DNA of 64,000 nt from contig CP068257.2 in NCBI GenBank assembly GCA_009914755.4, forward strand, positions 43,808,001 through 43,872,000, given 5' to 3'. A model generated the notes under the pieces. The model did not search any database. It saw nothing but the letters and a program-made list of their open reading frames with translations, and was not told the origin of the DNA. The translations under genes were made by a program, and so were the position numbers. Position 1 is the stretch's first letter; each line of letters opens with the position of its first letter. The DNA comes from the human T2T-CHM13v2.0 reference genome, Homo sapiens. This document shows positions 1 to 13,252 of the stretch, piece by piece.

Positions 1-439
1 AGTGGGTGGCGCTGCCCTGTTGCCCACCGTAGCTGCTGTGGGGCCACAGCCTTGAGCCTGGACACTGGCCATGACTGGATACCACCGGTGCACAGGGTGC
101 ACGTGAGGAAACCCTAACCGTTCTGTGCCCGTGCCTTGCTTTTTCTCCTTTAAATCCCACCTGTGAGTTTTATTTTTGTAACTGCAGAGCATGATGAAAA
201 CCGTGAAGCCACAGAGGCACACGTCGTGTCTGTGGGGAGGGCCCCTCACTCTCTGGCTGCACATCACCCATGTGTCTCACTCACCATGGGTGTCCCTGCC
301 CCTGAGCCCACCCTCACCTCTGTCAGCTGGGCAGGCGCTGCCCTGTCAGCCTCTGCCTCCACTTCCTCCACTCCTGGACATCGTAGTCTCTGTCGCCGGG
401 TAGTAGCAGGGCCGGACCCCTTCGGATGAGCACGCCCAG

Positions 440-905
440 GCCCAAGAGTGGCAGTCCTGGTGTGGGCGGTGGTGCTGGTGTGGGCGGCGGTCCTGGTGTG
501 GGCAGCGGGGCTGGTGTGGGCAGCGGTGCTGGTGTGGGCGGCGGTCCTGGTGTGGGCGGTGGTGGTGCTGGTGTGGGCGGAGGTCCTGGTGTGGGCGGCG
601 GTCCTGGTGTGGGCGGAGGTCCTGGTGTGGGCGGTGGTGGTGCTGGTGTGGGCAGCGGTGCTGATGTGGGTGGTGGTGCTGGTGTGGGCGGTGGTGGTGC
701 TGGTGTGGGCAGCGGTGCTGATGTGGGTGGTGGTGCTGGTGTGGGTGGCGGTGCTGGTGTGGGCGGCGGTGCTGATGTGGGTGGTGGTGGTGCTGATGTG
801 GGCGGCGGTGCTGGTGTGGGCGGTGGTGGTGCTGGTGTGGGTGGTGGTGGTGCTGATGTGGGCGGCGGTGCTGGTGTGGGCGGCGGTGCTGGTGTGGGTG
901 GATTC
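440..905. repeat. GC-rich minisatellite, ~18-bp unit (GGTGCTGGTGTGGGCGGC, occasionally 21 bp), about 25 copies
   Basis: Direct reading shows the same 18-mer reiterated with point variants (ggc/agc, ggt/gat). All six frames stay open, which produces the Gly/Ala/Val and Pro/Thr pseudo-ORFs at 264-1227. Confidence 0.9.
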
Positions 906-2024
906 CTGGAGGACAGCTGGGTCTTGCATCCAGCACAGGTCCTGGTGCCTGGGAGGTGCTTACCCCATGGCCCCAACCGGCACAAGTGTGGCTGTCACAG
1001 CTGGGGTCTGGGTAGGTCTGGCAGCCCCATGGGAACCTGGCTGTGTGAGCCTGCCCTGGGGCCTTCCATGAGAAAACCCAGTTAAGGAGCAACCTGGTAA
1101 ACCCTTGAAAACCAAGTGGGCCTTCACCAGCTTGAAAGGCCGCCCGTGCCTTTCCTCCTTGGCCCTCACAGCCCAGCTCGGCATCGCAGCAGAGTCCCGG
1201 TGGTGGAGATGCTTTGCCACTGGCCACCCAGAGCTAGGAGCCTCGGCCAAGGGCTCCCTCCTTGCACTGTGGTCTCTCGGGACCTAGGAGGTCCCGGGGT
1301 GTGGACTGTGCTGAACTGTTCTCCGACAGGCGGCCCTTTTTCTCCCACGTGGGCGAAAAGTGAAGCCTCTGGGTGGTCCTGTACCTGTCTGTCACATCCC
1401 GGGCTGCAGCCGGGTCCCCAGGGAGGCCTCCGTGAAAACACAAATCAAGTGCCAATTTCCTGGTGAAGAGTCTTTATGAGAGCAATGCGGCCCCGTGCCC
1501 CTTTACGCGGCTCTGCTGGTGGAGAGGAATAGCTGAGCTGCAGCACTAAGGAGAGATGCCTGCTGCATGATCCCCTAGATGCGTCCGAGGGACACTGGAC
1601 ATCTGGTGGCCCTCCAGACTCCTAGGAAGGGGACCGTCCTCCCAGTGGCAGCCAGGACTGCCTGTCCTCTTTTGGGTGGCCAGGATGTCACAGGGCGAGT
1701 AGGTGTCTGGCCCTACCACTGGGGGGCCATGTTGCCACGCAAGAATTCAGTGTCCCTCTGTGGGGAACGTGCTTCCCGGCTGCCACGCTGTCGCTCTCTC
1801 TTGTCTTCTGTTCGGCCCCTTCCCCGTTGCACATCCTGGCCTGGCGTGGTCGTCCCGTGGCGTCCTCTACCCTTTCCCATGTGACACATTCGCTCCATGG
1901 TACCTCCTGCCTCCCGAAATCACCTCTAAGTTCACTTTGTGCCAGGTTTTGTTCTCCAGCGCATCTTCAGTGCTGCGAGCAGGCTGGGCTTGCAGCAGGA
2001 GCACGGGTGTGCGTGTGGAGTGAA

Positions 2025-2165
2025 TGAAGGGCCGTGTGCCCGAGTAGGTGGCGTGCAGGGGTGTAGTGAGGTGCGTGCAGGGGTGTAGTGAGGTGTGGGA
2101 TGTGCAGAGTGAATGAAGGACGTTGTGCTCGTGTGGGTGATGTGCGGGGTTGTGGTGAGGCGTAG
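2025..2165. repeat. Short imperfect tandem duplication (tgaatgaagg...gtgcaggggtgtagtgaggtg, ~60 bp, 2-3 copies)
   Basis: Repeated blocks 'gtgcaggggtgtagtgaggtg' and 'agtgaatgaagg' are visible by eye. Confidence 0.5.
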
Positions 2166-2689
2166 GGCTGGGGTCGGCTGGTCGTCCGGACTTTTGGTTT
2201 TCTGGCTGTAAAATGCACATGCCAGGATAGTTGTGAGGTGCACGCTCACTCGTGCATGGAGGGTGGTTCCACAGTGCTGTGGACAGAGGAGCCCTCGATA
2301 AATGCCAGCTGCGAGCACCGGGGGCCAGCACGAGAGCAGCTCTGAGAGCCTGGGTCGTGCAGGGCGAGAGAGGCTCCGGGGAGTGGAGGCTGTGAGCCAG
2401 GGAGGAAACACTACTCCACGTGTTAGGAGGAAGCCACGTGCTCCTCGAACATGCTGGTACTAGGTTTGAAAACCAACATTAGCAGCAAAGATGACTCCGT
2501 GTCCATACCCTAGTTTTTAAAAGTTGATATAGCCCCTCTAAAAATGAGTTTGAAAGCACAGGAATTTATAAGAGAAAAACTTTCATCAAATACATGAAAA
2601 AAATCAATCTCACTCAAAATGGAATTAATAAGAAATCAAGCAGCATTAAGGATTGCGTGGTTTGGAAAATGTGATGTGGGTCTCCCTTG

Positions 2690-4092
2690 ATTGTTTTGAA
2701 CGGCTTTATTGAGATGTAATTCACATTCCGTGCAATTCACTCGAAGTGTACAATCCAGTGGTTTTCAGTATATTCAAAAATCTATGCCACCATCATCCCC
2801 ATCGACCGTGGAACATTTCATCACTCCAGAGAGAAGCCTTTCCGCCGCCCTCCCTCCCTCCAGTCCTGGCCACCGGTCATCTCCTTTCTGTCCCTGGGTT
2901 CCGTCTTCTGAGCTTCCATACGAATTAAACCATGGAACGTGTGGTCGTTTCTGTCTGGCTTCTTCCCCTCGGCGTGTGGTTTCCGGGTTCGTCCGTGTTG
3001 CACCCTGTCCCAGGGCTTCATTCCTTGCTGTCACTGAATAATGTCCCACCAGGTGGAGGCACCATGCTGTGCTTATGGATTCAGCATTTGGTGGACTTCT
3101 GAGCGGTGTCCACCTTTTAGCTGTGATGAACGGTGCTGTTGTGAACACTTGTGTACAAGTTTCAGTGTGGACATGTGTCTTCGTTTCTCTCGGGTATATA
3201 CCTAAGGTGGAATCACTGGGACTATGGTAACTGTGTTTACTCATTTGAGCAGCCGCCAGCCTGCTTTCCCAAGTGTCTGCACCATCTCACGTCCCTTCCT
3301 GCAGCCTTGGGAGTTCTGATTTCGCCACATCTTTGCCATCACTTGTTTTTCTCTGACTTTTTGTTTCCAGCCCATGTTGGGTGTAAAGCAGTGTCTTGTG
3401 GTTTTCATTTGCATTTTCATGATGACTGATAATGTTGAACATCTTTTTTTGTCTTTCTTGGCGATCTGTATTTCTTCTTTGGAGAAATGTCTATTCCGAT
3501 TCTTGCCCACTTTTAGTTGGATTATTGTCTTTTTGTTGTTGATTTATGAGTTCTTTACATCATCTAGATAGAAGTGCTTCCTCACATATATGATTCGCAA
3601 ATATCTTCTCCCATTCTGTGAGATGTCATTTCACTTTCTTGATGGTGTCCTTTGAGGCACAAAACTTTTAAGTTTTTACGAAGTCCAATTTATTTTTCTT
3701 TTGTCACTTGGGCTTTTGCTGTCATATGTAAGAATCTTTTGCCAAATCCAAGGTTATGAAAAAGAAAACCTTCAAAAGTTTTTTTATTTTAGCTCTTTTA
3801 TTTAAGAGCTAAAATAAAAATTTTAATAGCTGCATGTGGTGTGAAGTAGGGATCCAGCTTCGCCCTTTTGCGTGTATCTGTTCGTTGGCCCAGCACCGTT
3901 TGTTGAAGGCTGCTCTTTCCTCACTGAACAGTCTCGACATTCTTGTCAAACATGAGTTGCCCGTAGGTTATGAGTTTATTCCAGAACCCTCAGTTCCACT
4001 GCACCGATGCGTGTGTCTGTCCTTGCGCCACTCCCACACTGTCCTGTTACCATCGCATTGTAAGTCTTAAAACTGGGAATGTAAGTCCTTTG
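2690..4092 (-). mobile_element. Old L1 (L1M/L1PB-like) fragment, antisense: 3' UTR end plus the C-terminal part of ORF2
   Basis: The reverse complement matches the canonical L1 3' end (ttattgagat..gtacaat(c/t)cagtgg..ccaccatc) and the ORF2 C-terminal region (ccattgtatgg..gtgtacaagttt..atatacctag motifs). The match is diverged and carries indels. Confidence 0.75.
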
Positions 4093-4099
4093 ACTTTTT

Positions 4100-5470
4100 T
4101 CTAATCCAATACTATGAACAAAATAGATGGCAGATGAAATTGAAAATTTCCTAGAAAGGTGCAAACTACTCAAACTGATTCAACAAGAAATAGACAATGT
4201 GAATAGATATATAACAAGTGAAGAGGTTGAATTAGTAATCCAAAAACACCCATAAAGAAAAGCCAAGGACCAGAGAGCTTCCCAGCTAAATTCTACCAAG
4301 CATTTAAAGAATTAAAACCAATTCTCACAAACTCTTTCAAAAGACTAGGAGAGTGGGAAATGCTTCTCAATTCATTTTATGAGACCAATATTACTCTGAT
4401 ACCATAATCAGACAAAGACATTGCCAAAAAAAGAAAATTGCAGACTAGTTTATCTTACGAATTATGGACACAGAAATCCTTGGTAGACTACTAGTAAATA
4501 AAATCCAGCAACATATAAAAAAAATTCACCATGGCTAAGTGGGATTTATCCCAGGAATTCAAGGTTGGTTTAACACTTGAAAATCAATGTAATACATCAT
4601 ATCAATAGAATAAAATATTAAAAACACCCAATCATCTCAATAGATGCAGAGAAAGTATTGGACAAAATTCAACACCATTCATGAAAAACACTTAACAAGC
4701 TGGTAAAGAGCATCTGTGACAGAGCCCACAGCTGACACCGTGCTTGTGGTGGAGGAGCGAATGCTTTCCTCCTAAGATCAGGAGCAAGACAAGGACGTTC
4801 CCTATTGCGCCTTCTGTTTAACATTGTACTGGAGGTTCTAGCCACGAAAGTTAGGCAAGAAGAAATAAAAGACATCCAGATTGGAAAGGAACAAGTAAAA
4901 CTGTATTTTTAGAGGCCAGATCTTATATATATATATATCATATATCATATATATCATATATCATATGTATATTTAAAAGTAAAAGTTCTAACCTCTAAAA
5001 AGTTTTTTATTGTTCCTCTAAAATTACAGTTTTTTCTAAGTAATCCACAAAAAAACTATTAGAACCAATAAATGAGCTCAACAAGGTTGCAGGGTATAAA
5101 ATCAGTATAGAAAAATCTATTGTATTTATTTTGCAATGAACAATCCAAAAATGAAATTAAGAAAGAAAAATCTGTTTACAACAGCATCAACAAGAACTTA
5201 TACTCTGAAAACTACAAAGCAACATTGAAAGTAATTAAGGAAGATCTAAATAAATGGAAAGTTATCCCATGTTTATGGATTGGAAGACAGAATACTCCCT
5301 AAATCAACTAGAGTCCACACAACTCCTGCCAGAATCCCCACTGGCTATAGAAATTGTCAAAGTGACCCCAATACTTAAATTGAATTTCAAGGAACCCAGA
5401 GTGGCCAAAGCAATCCTGGAGAAGAACAAAATCGGGGGACCTCTTGGCTCTCGAACTTCTTAGAGTCTTT
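4100..5470 (+). mobile_element. Old L1 ORF2 fragment (endonuclease-RT region), sense orientation
   Basis: Reads as L1 ORF2 in sense: 'ccaaggaccagagagcttcccagctaaattctaccaa', 'cattttatgagaccaatattactctgataccataatcagacaaagaca', 'atctcaatagatgcagagaaagtattggacaaaattcaacacc', 'aaataaatggaaagttatcccatgtttatggattggaagac'. Confidence 0.8.
4921..4976. repeat. (ATATATC)n/(TA)n simple repeat inside the L1 fragment
   Basis: 'tatatatatatatatcatatatcatatatatcatatatcatatgtatat'. Confidence 0.8.
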
Positions 5471-5984
5471 GAAAATATCTGCTTTGTTTTGGGTAGAGCA
5501 TGGATGGTTCCCTTAGAGCCTATAGAGCACATTGAGGTCTTTTGGTTCGCCCTCAGTGAACTTTATCACATCAAGCAGGAGATGTCGGTGAGCCTCGCTG
5601 CCCTGCTGTGCTCCACCCATTGGCCCCCCTTGCAGCAGCATTCAGGAGAAGACAGAGGCAGCGTCTTCTGCCAGCCTCCTCGGACTGGAAGGAGTAACAA
5701 GGCTTTGAAGGCATGCAGGAATAACACCCACACAGAGCCCCAGGGGACATGGATCGAGGTCTGAAAAGCATTTCTTCCCACCCTCTGCTGAGTCACCTGG
5801 ACTGCCAGAGGTAGAGCTGGCATAGGGAGTTTGCCAGAAGACATCAGGAAGAAACCTCTATTTTCTCTACAAACATCCTTTGAGAACATTTCAAACCTGC
5901 ATTGACGTTGATACGATGATCAGAAAACGCTCATACACACCTTCCATTCGACTCACAAGCAAACACTTGCCACATTTTTCCCAG

Positions 5985-6300
5985 GCACTCCCTTTCTCTC
6001 CATCTGTGTCCATATCCACACACACGCATATCCACATGCACAGGTATCCATGCGTGTGCACACAAGAATATCTACATGCACCTCCACATGCGTACATATC
6101 CGCACACATCCGTGATGCATATCCATGTGTGCACATGTACATACCCATGCACACATTCACACATGCTCATCTGTATGCACACATAATCCACATGCAGTCC
6201 ACACACACAGATATCCATGCATGCATGTATCCATATCCACACATCCGTGTACACGCACACACGTGTGCTTCTGCATACCCACATGCAAGTACAGACGCTC
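5985..6300. repeat. CA/TG-rich imperfect low-complexity tract (CACACATG-like)
   Basis: Runs of cacaca, catgca and cacatg. Produces His/Thr/Cys-rich pseudo-ORFs on both strands. Confidence 0.7.
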
Positions 6301-9300
6301 GCTGAGGTGAGCCGCAGCATCTCCACACATTGCCCTGTAGATGCACTTCTGTGTGCGTGTCCCAAGAACAAGGACATTCTCCCACAGAGCCACAGTGTCA
6401 TTGTCACGCCTGAGAAGTTTACAATCATTCTGTCCGTCCTCCTGTGAACAGGTCGTCTTCAGATGCGCTCCATAATGTCCTTTGCCCCACTGGCCTGCGT
6501 ATCTTTTGGGCAGTCCCAGAGCCGTCAGGGACCACGTGTTGCATTAGTGTCCTGCTCTGTAGTCTGTTGACTCTGGAGCAGCCCTGCCCGCCCCCGCTGC
6601 CCCACCGCCTTCTTCCTAACGTGGCAGTCCAGCTGGGTTTCTATGGGGGTGTCTGACCCGCAGCCTGGACTCACCCACCTGCCTGCTCGTGTTTAGGTGC
6701 AGGCTTTGTGGAGAGCCATGGCAGGGGACTGTGTGTCCTCCCCGTGGCCTCCTGTCAGGGGCAGAGGTGGCAGCTGTCCCTGGGAAGATGTCTAAAGTGT
6801 CTTTTCCCTGCGGCGCTTTGATCCTCTTGCTGCTCCTGCCTCAGGCCCCGCTGCCCGGCTCATGACCCTTCACCAGTGATCCATCTCCTGTGTCTCTGGC
6901 GGCCTTCCCAAGGGTGGGCCCTGGGGCTGCGGTGGAGGTTGCACCAAGCCCGAGGGGAGGGCCTGGCTCACATGGGCTTCCAGCTGCCGCCGGCCAGGTG
7001 CGGGGAGAAGAGGCAGGCTGCCCGCTGAGCGCCAGGCTGTGCTTGGCATTAATTTAGGAGCCAAGAAGGCTCCCACCACTCGTGATCACCCAGTGGAGGA
7101 TTGGGGTTGAAGACCTCAGGCTCCCCACCTCATAGTCCCCAGGCTCTGCCGAGCGGTCAGAGGGACACCAGAGCCTGGGGAGGGACACGGCTGAGTCCAG
7201 GAATGTACATCCAGGGAAGAGCTAAGAGAAGCCTCGTCGTGGAATCGGGGGACAGAAGCCTCCACCCTGCCCCCACCGTGGGGGAGAGAATGGGCTTATG
7301 GGGCACCCTGAGCACTGAGCAGCGGGGGAAAGAGGCTGTAAGCTGGGGGTGGGTGTTAGACAGGGTGTGGCCACACTCCCTCTGCTACCGTAGGTCTTCA
7401 GGTCCATGTGTTTGGTGACAGGGGAGTGCCCTCCAGGGACCTGGACCCAGGCCTGGCCACCCGGCCCTCTCACTGTGCGGCCACCTCCAGCCACTGAATC
7501 TGCAGGTGGCGGCAGCTGGTCATGCCGCTGGCCGGGTTGTGCCCGGTGGCCAGGTCTGGTGAGAGGTCCCGGCCAAGCAGCAGAGATGTCAGGGGGCACT
7601 CTGGAAGTGCCATGATAAAGCTGCCTTTATCATCGTGGTTTGAAAAAGTAGCCACAAAATGCAGAGCCCAGGAAGCACGTTCAGAGACTTCAGACAATCA
7701 TAAACTAGTTGCGCCACAGAAAGATGAAAAGTCATGTTTTCATTTCAAAAGGGCTGGAGACGTGTCTGCGGCATCCAAACCTTGACTGGCTGTGCCTGCC
7801 TGGGGGCGTGCCCATGGGCAGTGGGTACTGGGACCTCAGGGCCCAGGTTTCGCTCCCTGGAATCTCCAGGAGCCTGCCTGGGCCTGTCCTTGGACAGTCT
7901 CTGGTCCCTGGGGAAGGAGGGGAGGGAGGCCACACCTGAGGGGTCTCTGCAGGACATTCTGGGCTCGGGCGAGCATCTGGGGGCAAGGACAAGCTCAGGG
8001 AATGAAGAGGGTGGCTCAGGTGGGGTCTGCCCTGCTCCCTCATCCCTGTCATCCTCCCCCAGCCTTCAGGGTCGAGGTGTGGGAGACCCGCGGAGAGGCA
8101 GCCCAGAGCCACCCGCCACGGGCTGAGGCCTAGGGTGGCCAGAAGCAGGAGGGACGCCTCTGACGATTGAACAGCCCGGAGCCTCAAAGCTACGGTTGGG
8201 GCCTTCAGCCCGGAAATGAGCCCCCCTCTTTGCCCCCTGATGAACCAGTTTCCCCTGTTCACGTGTGGATGTTTGTACCTTTTTAAAAAAAGAAAATAAA
8301 AGACCACACTATTTAGGAATTTAAACCAGACAGGCCAACAAGACAGGACAAACCCTGGCTCGGGGCAGGGCAGAGACAGTGGGAGGGTGGAACCTTCCCG
8401 AAGACCAGATGGGGTGCAGGGAGTGGGGAGGCTCAGTTCTTGGCACCTGTGTTCATGGTGGGTGGTCTCCCTCGTCCTCTGAAACTGCAGCCAGTGCATG
8501 TGACCTCCCCACCGCATCTCAGGCCTCCCTCCCGGTGTGCCCACCCTGCACCCCACAGCCAGCTGCTTCAACGTTTGGAGCCCGTGGCTGGCGTGGCAGT
8601 GGTGAGCCCTCGATGGCTGTGCGGACACCAGAGGCTGAGGGAGGACACACACTCCATGGTGGGACAGCACCCCCGGGTCCACCAAGGCCAGGTGGACGCT
8701 TAGGCTCCAGGGCCCTCGTGGCTGCTCCGGCGGTGCCATCACCTCTGGAGACAGGGCCCGACTCTGCAGGACGGCACCAGTGGGGGACAGCAGGTCCTCT
8801 GGGGGGTGTGAGGTTCTGAGCTGTTAGCCTCAGGCTCCTCAGGAGCGGGCAGGTCATGATAACAAGAGTGGCTGCGTGCGGGTAGCCCATGGCTACAGCT
8901 TCCAACGGGCATTTCTAGTGCCCTGGCCAGATGGCCGGCCAGCGGGGGCCATGGTACCACAGCACTGTAGCCTAGCAACAGAGGAGACCCATTTTCTCAT
9001 CAGGGATAGAGCAGGGAGTCAACCCAAGGTCAAACTCCACACGCACTGGGACAGGCTGTGATGATGTGCAACCCAGCAGCTGGGTCAGCTTGGCTTCCAG
9101 GAAGGGAGCCCCTTGGCCCTCCTGTTGTCATAACTGAGAGCCAGAGAAAGGGGCCCCACAGGCTCTGGGGCCCTGGGGACACAGCTGGGTGGCTGTGTTG
9201 TGGGGTGCCGCCTTTCCGGGATCCCACGGGGTTGGCGAGCCATGCTCTTCCCCAGCTCCTCGCTGGCCTTCACAGGGATGATGCATTTGTCTGCGTGGGG

Positions 9301-9989
9301 TTTGCTGAGGGAGTTTGTGGTTAACGTTGCCTTTGTTGAGTCGAATGAGGACGCCACGTTCTGCACTCAGCAGCAGGAGCGCTCAGAGGGGAAGGCGGTG
9401 GGATTTGAAGGCTGCTTCCTCTATGAAGTCAGACTGGGAAGGTCGATCTCAGGCCTCAAGGCAATAGGGTGGGGGCACTTCAGACTGGGGCACTCTCCTG
9501 TGTCACCCAGGTCCTGTGCACCCCCAGGGAGGGGTCTCACCTGTCCTGTCAACTCTGCTCCATCGGGATCCATGGGCCCTCTTCCTCCTTGGCTGGGGTC
9601 ATCTCCAGTGAGCTCCATCATGGGCCTCCCAGCCGCCCCATCAGAGCCAAGTGGTTCCTGCCTTCCTGCAGACCCCAAGGTCCCTCATGACGACACGTGT
9701 GTCCTCTGTCTCTGGCAGGCCTGAGGCCGCACTCACCCCAGGAGGCACCGAGGAGCCGCAGGGAAACTGCCAACTGCTGCTCCTTGTGCCTCAGCTTCTC
9801 TGCTCCCTCCACCAAGGGGAAGAGGCCATGCCGAAACCCTGGTCCGCACTGCTCATGGTGCCATCTGGGCACCCAGATCCTGGAACGAGCCACAGTCGGG
9901 CCCTTTACACAGAGCTGGGCAGGGGCTGGGAAGGAGGCCTGGATCCCTGGCCATGCTGCTAGCAGGACTTGGGCAACACCAGGGTGCTT

Positions 9990-11140
9990 TCTGAGAGTGC
10001 AAGTACATGGTGAGTGTGCTTGCCTGTGTGCGTGTGTGTGTGAGCATGCATGGCAGAGCTGAGCATGCATATGCACTCTGTGACATGTGTAAGCATGTAT
10101 GTGAGCTTGTGTATGCATGTATTCATGTGTGACGTGTGTGTATATATGTGAGCTTGTGTATGCATGTGAGTACTCACGTGTGACATGTGAGCATATATGT
10201 ACGTGTGTGTTTCTGTATGCATGTGTGTATTCACGTGACGTGAGCATGCATGTACATATGTGATTGTGTATGCATGTGAGCATTCATGTGACACATGTAA
10301 GCATGTATGTACATGTGGGGGCTTGTGTATGCATGTGAGCATTTGTATCTGACATGTAAGCATGTGTGTGTGAGCTTGTGTATGCATGTATTCATGTGTG
10401 ACATGTGTGAGCATGTATGTGAGTTTGTGTATGCATGAATATTCACATGTGACGTGTGAGCATATATGTACGTGTGATTGTGTATGCATGTGAGTATTCA
10501 CTGACGTGTGAGCATGCATGTACATATGTGATTGTGTATGCATGTGAGCATGTATGACATGTGTAAACATGTATGTATGTGGGGCTTGTGTATGCATGTG
10601 AGTATTCACATGTGACATGTGAGCATGTATGTACATGTGTGTGAGTATTCACATGTGACATGTGAGCATGTATGTACATGTGTGACCTTGTGTGTGCATG
10701 AGTATTCACATGTGACATGTGAGCCTATATGTATGTGTGTGATTGCGAGTATTCATGTGTGACATGTAAGCATGTATGTACATGTGTGAGCTTGTGTATG
10801 CATGTGAGCATTCATGTATGACATGTAAGCATTATGTATGTGTGTGGGCTTGTGTATGCGAGTATTCACATGTGACATGTGTGAGCATGTATGTGTGTGT
10901 GATTGTGTATGCATGTATTCATGTGTGACATGTGAGCATGTATGTACATGTGTGTGCTTGTGTATGCATATGAGCATTCATGTCTGGCACGTACGCTTAT
11001 ATGTACATGTGTGGGGGCTTGTGTATGTGAGTATTCACATGTGACATATGGCATAGCTAAGCATGCATGTGCATGTGTTCATGCATGAGCAGGAGTGAGC
11101 ATACATATATGTGTGCATATGTGGGTGTTCGTGTGTGAGC
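9990..11140. repeat. Minisatellite with a compound unit of 43-57 bp ('agtattcacatgtgacatgtgagcatgtatgtacatgtgtg' with or without 'accttgtgtgtgcatg'), about 25 copies
   Basis: The anchor 'agtattcaca' recurs at intervals of 43 and 57 bp. The array is rich in CATGTG/ACATGT palindromes. Confidence 0.85.
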
Positions 11141-12849
11141 ATGTGCGTACACATGCGTGCGTTTGAGTGATGATGTGAGGAGGCTTATGTAGTAGCCACC
11201 CTTGCCAGGTGCTTCCTGGTGGGAACCAGATCCCGGGGGCTGAGCTGTGGAGCCGTGGCAGAGCCGCACTAGGATTTCCAGGAGGTTAAACGTGCGATGC
11301 TGTGGAGGTGCTTGGAGGTGAGGGAACCCCAATGGTGGACAGGAAGCTCTCAAAGCACTTAGAGGTGGAGGAGTCCTGGACAGTGGGCAGGAAGGGTGGG
11401 GTCAGGAATGGAGTGGGCAGGGGAAGGGTGGAGGGAGCTGGGCACCCTGCAGATGGCAGGGTGGGTGCTCAGTGCCATGGGGCTGCCACCATCCTCCAAG
11501 TGTGGCCCCGAGGGCCGGAGCTGCTCTCCCTCCATTGCTAGGCGTAATCAGTTCCTTGTGCCTGGCTCTGCCCAGGAGGTGTATATTGGGGGGCATGAAT
11601 GTAGGGCCAGCCCAGCTGGCCAGTGACCCTCTGAGCACAGAGCCTTCGGGATGGGGCTGGGGGTGTCCCCCACAACAGAGTTCCCTTCCTGAGATGCGCT
11701 GGTGGAGGAGGGGGCAGTCTCTGGAATTTCTGTTTGGAGACTTTCCGGAGGCGTGTTCAGACATAAAATCACAGCAGCAGCAGTCAGTTTTCAAGCAAAG
11801 AGACTTCTCTGGGCATCTCTGAGACGAGTTTGAGCAGTGTGGGGATTCGTTTTGGGAGCACGGCCTCACTGACATGCAGATGTTTGCTTGTGGAATGCCT
11901 GCGCCTGCCCTCGAGAAGGAGGTGGCACTCAGCTGCTTGAAACAAGGCTGGGTCCCAAGCAGCCCAGCCCTGCCCTGTGGACAGCAATCGACCGATGGCT
12001 ACAGCATGTCCTGACCTGGGGACAGCTGGGGACAGGTTGTGGGGCTGTTTCGTCACAGCTGCTGTCACATTAACTGACCCCAGCCCTGGGGGAGGGTGGC
12101 TGCAACCCCAGCCGCACAGCCTGGAGGAGGCAGGGTGACGAGGGACTCCAGCTGGGGGAGCTGGCGTGCAGAGCACTGAGGGGGTGGGTGGATTGTGGGG
12201 TGAAACCTGGGTGTGTGCGTGTGAGGATGCACATGTGTGAACGTGTGTGTGAGTGAGCACGCCTGTGTAAACTGCCTGGCTCCACCTCTGATGGGCTCCG
12301 TGATCTTGAGCGGGGTCACCAGGCTCATGCCTCAGTTTTCTTCATCTGTGAAATGGGCCGATGGCCAGGCTGCACACAGGTCCTCAGAGGGCATAAGGCA
12401 CACTCAGCACCCACTGCTGTGCCTGGGCAGCTGGCGGGGGGGCACAGCAGCCACTCACATGCCACTCACATCCCTGTGGGTTACCGGCTGCCTGGAATGT
12501 TCCAGTCTAACCGGATCCTTTTGTGGACGGGGAGACTGAGGCCGGGAAGGAGGATGCATTCCTGCCCTGGTCCCGGGCTCCGTCTCTGCTGGGTCTCCTG
12601 GGCAGAAGGTCAGGAAGGGCTGAGAGGGACACAGTCCAAGGCAGGTAAAGCCCCAGCTTTGAGGGGAGGCACAGCAGCTCTGAGAGGGTCTGAGCCCCTC
12701 GAGACCCTCCCCGGGATGTTTAACGACTTGGGCAGCCATTGCAACAGTGGAATTGGCACTGCAGCAAGCTGAGCATTTTTTCGGTTCCAAGTTTCCCACA
12801 ACACAATGGCTCCAGGCCAGGCGCCTCTGGGCGTTCCAGGTCAGAGGGG

Positions 12850-13252
12850 GAGCAGGGGCTGGGGGCCGCTGCCTCAGTGCTTCTGGGATGGGGTCCTGGC
12901 TTGGAGCCCCAATCCAGAGACTCAGCAGCCCTGCCCCGGCAGAGCCTAGCGGAGCACGTTGGGAACCCTGTGGACACTGCACACAGCACCCTCTGTCCTC
13001 ACGGAGCCTGGGGCTGCTGCAGGGCCGTGGGAAAGAAGTTATAAATCCTTGGGTGCTGGAACCCCCGGGTGCTGGGCACCTTGATTCCAAGGCTGGTGCC
13101 TTCTTTCCTTCTGCAAGAGTGGGGGGTGGAAGACAGCCGGCCAGAGGCTGGGAAGCCTGCACAGGGGAGGGCAGGAGGGCGTGAGCCTGGCTAGCCCCAC
13201 CTCCAGGCACAGAGGCCCTCCCGCCGCCCGCAGCTCCAGCCGCACTGCCCCG
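12850..13252 (+). promoter_or_regulatory. COL18A1: Putative COL18A1 promoter 2 and exon-3 5' UTR (CpG-rich, TATA-less)
   Basis: This CpG-dense GC-rich sequence lies immediately 5' of the ATG at 13253. No TATA box is visible. Exon 3 is known to be an alternative first exon. The transcription start site cannot be placed from sequence alone. Confidence 0.4.

Noticed and set aside
264-1227. Five overlapping ORFs of 207-293 aa on both strands (poly-GAGVGG, poly-PTPAPP, poly-HTST)
   Set aside because: All arise from the 18-bp minisatellite, which lacks stop codons in every frame. They are mutually exclusive overlapping frames with no flanking gene structure.
7732-8742. 336-aa minus-strand ORF in unique GC-rich sequence
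   Set aside because: Its Pro/Arg/Gly/Ser/Leu-biased composition is typical of chance ORFs in 65-70% GC DNA. It has no recognisable domain, no splice signals, and overlapping ORFs on both strands.
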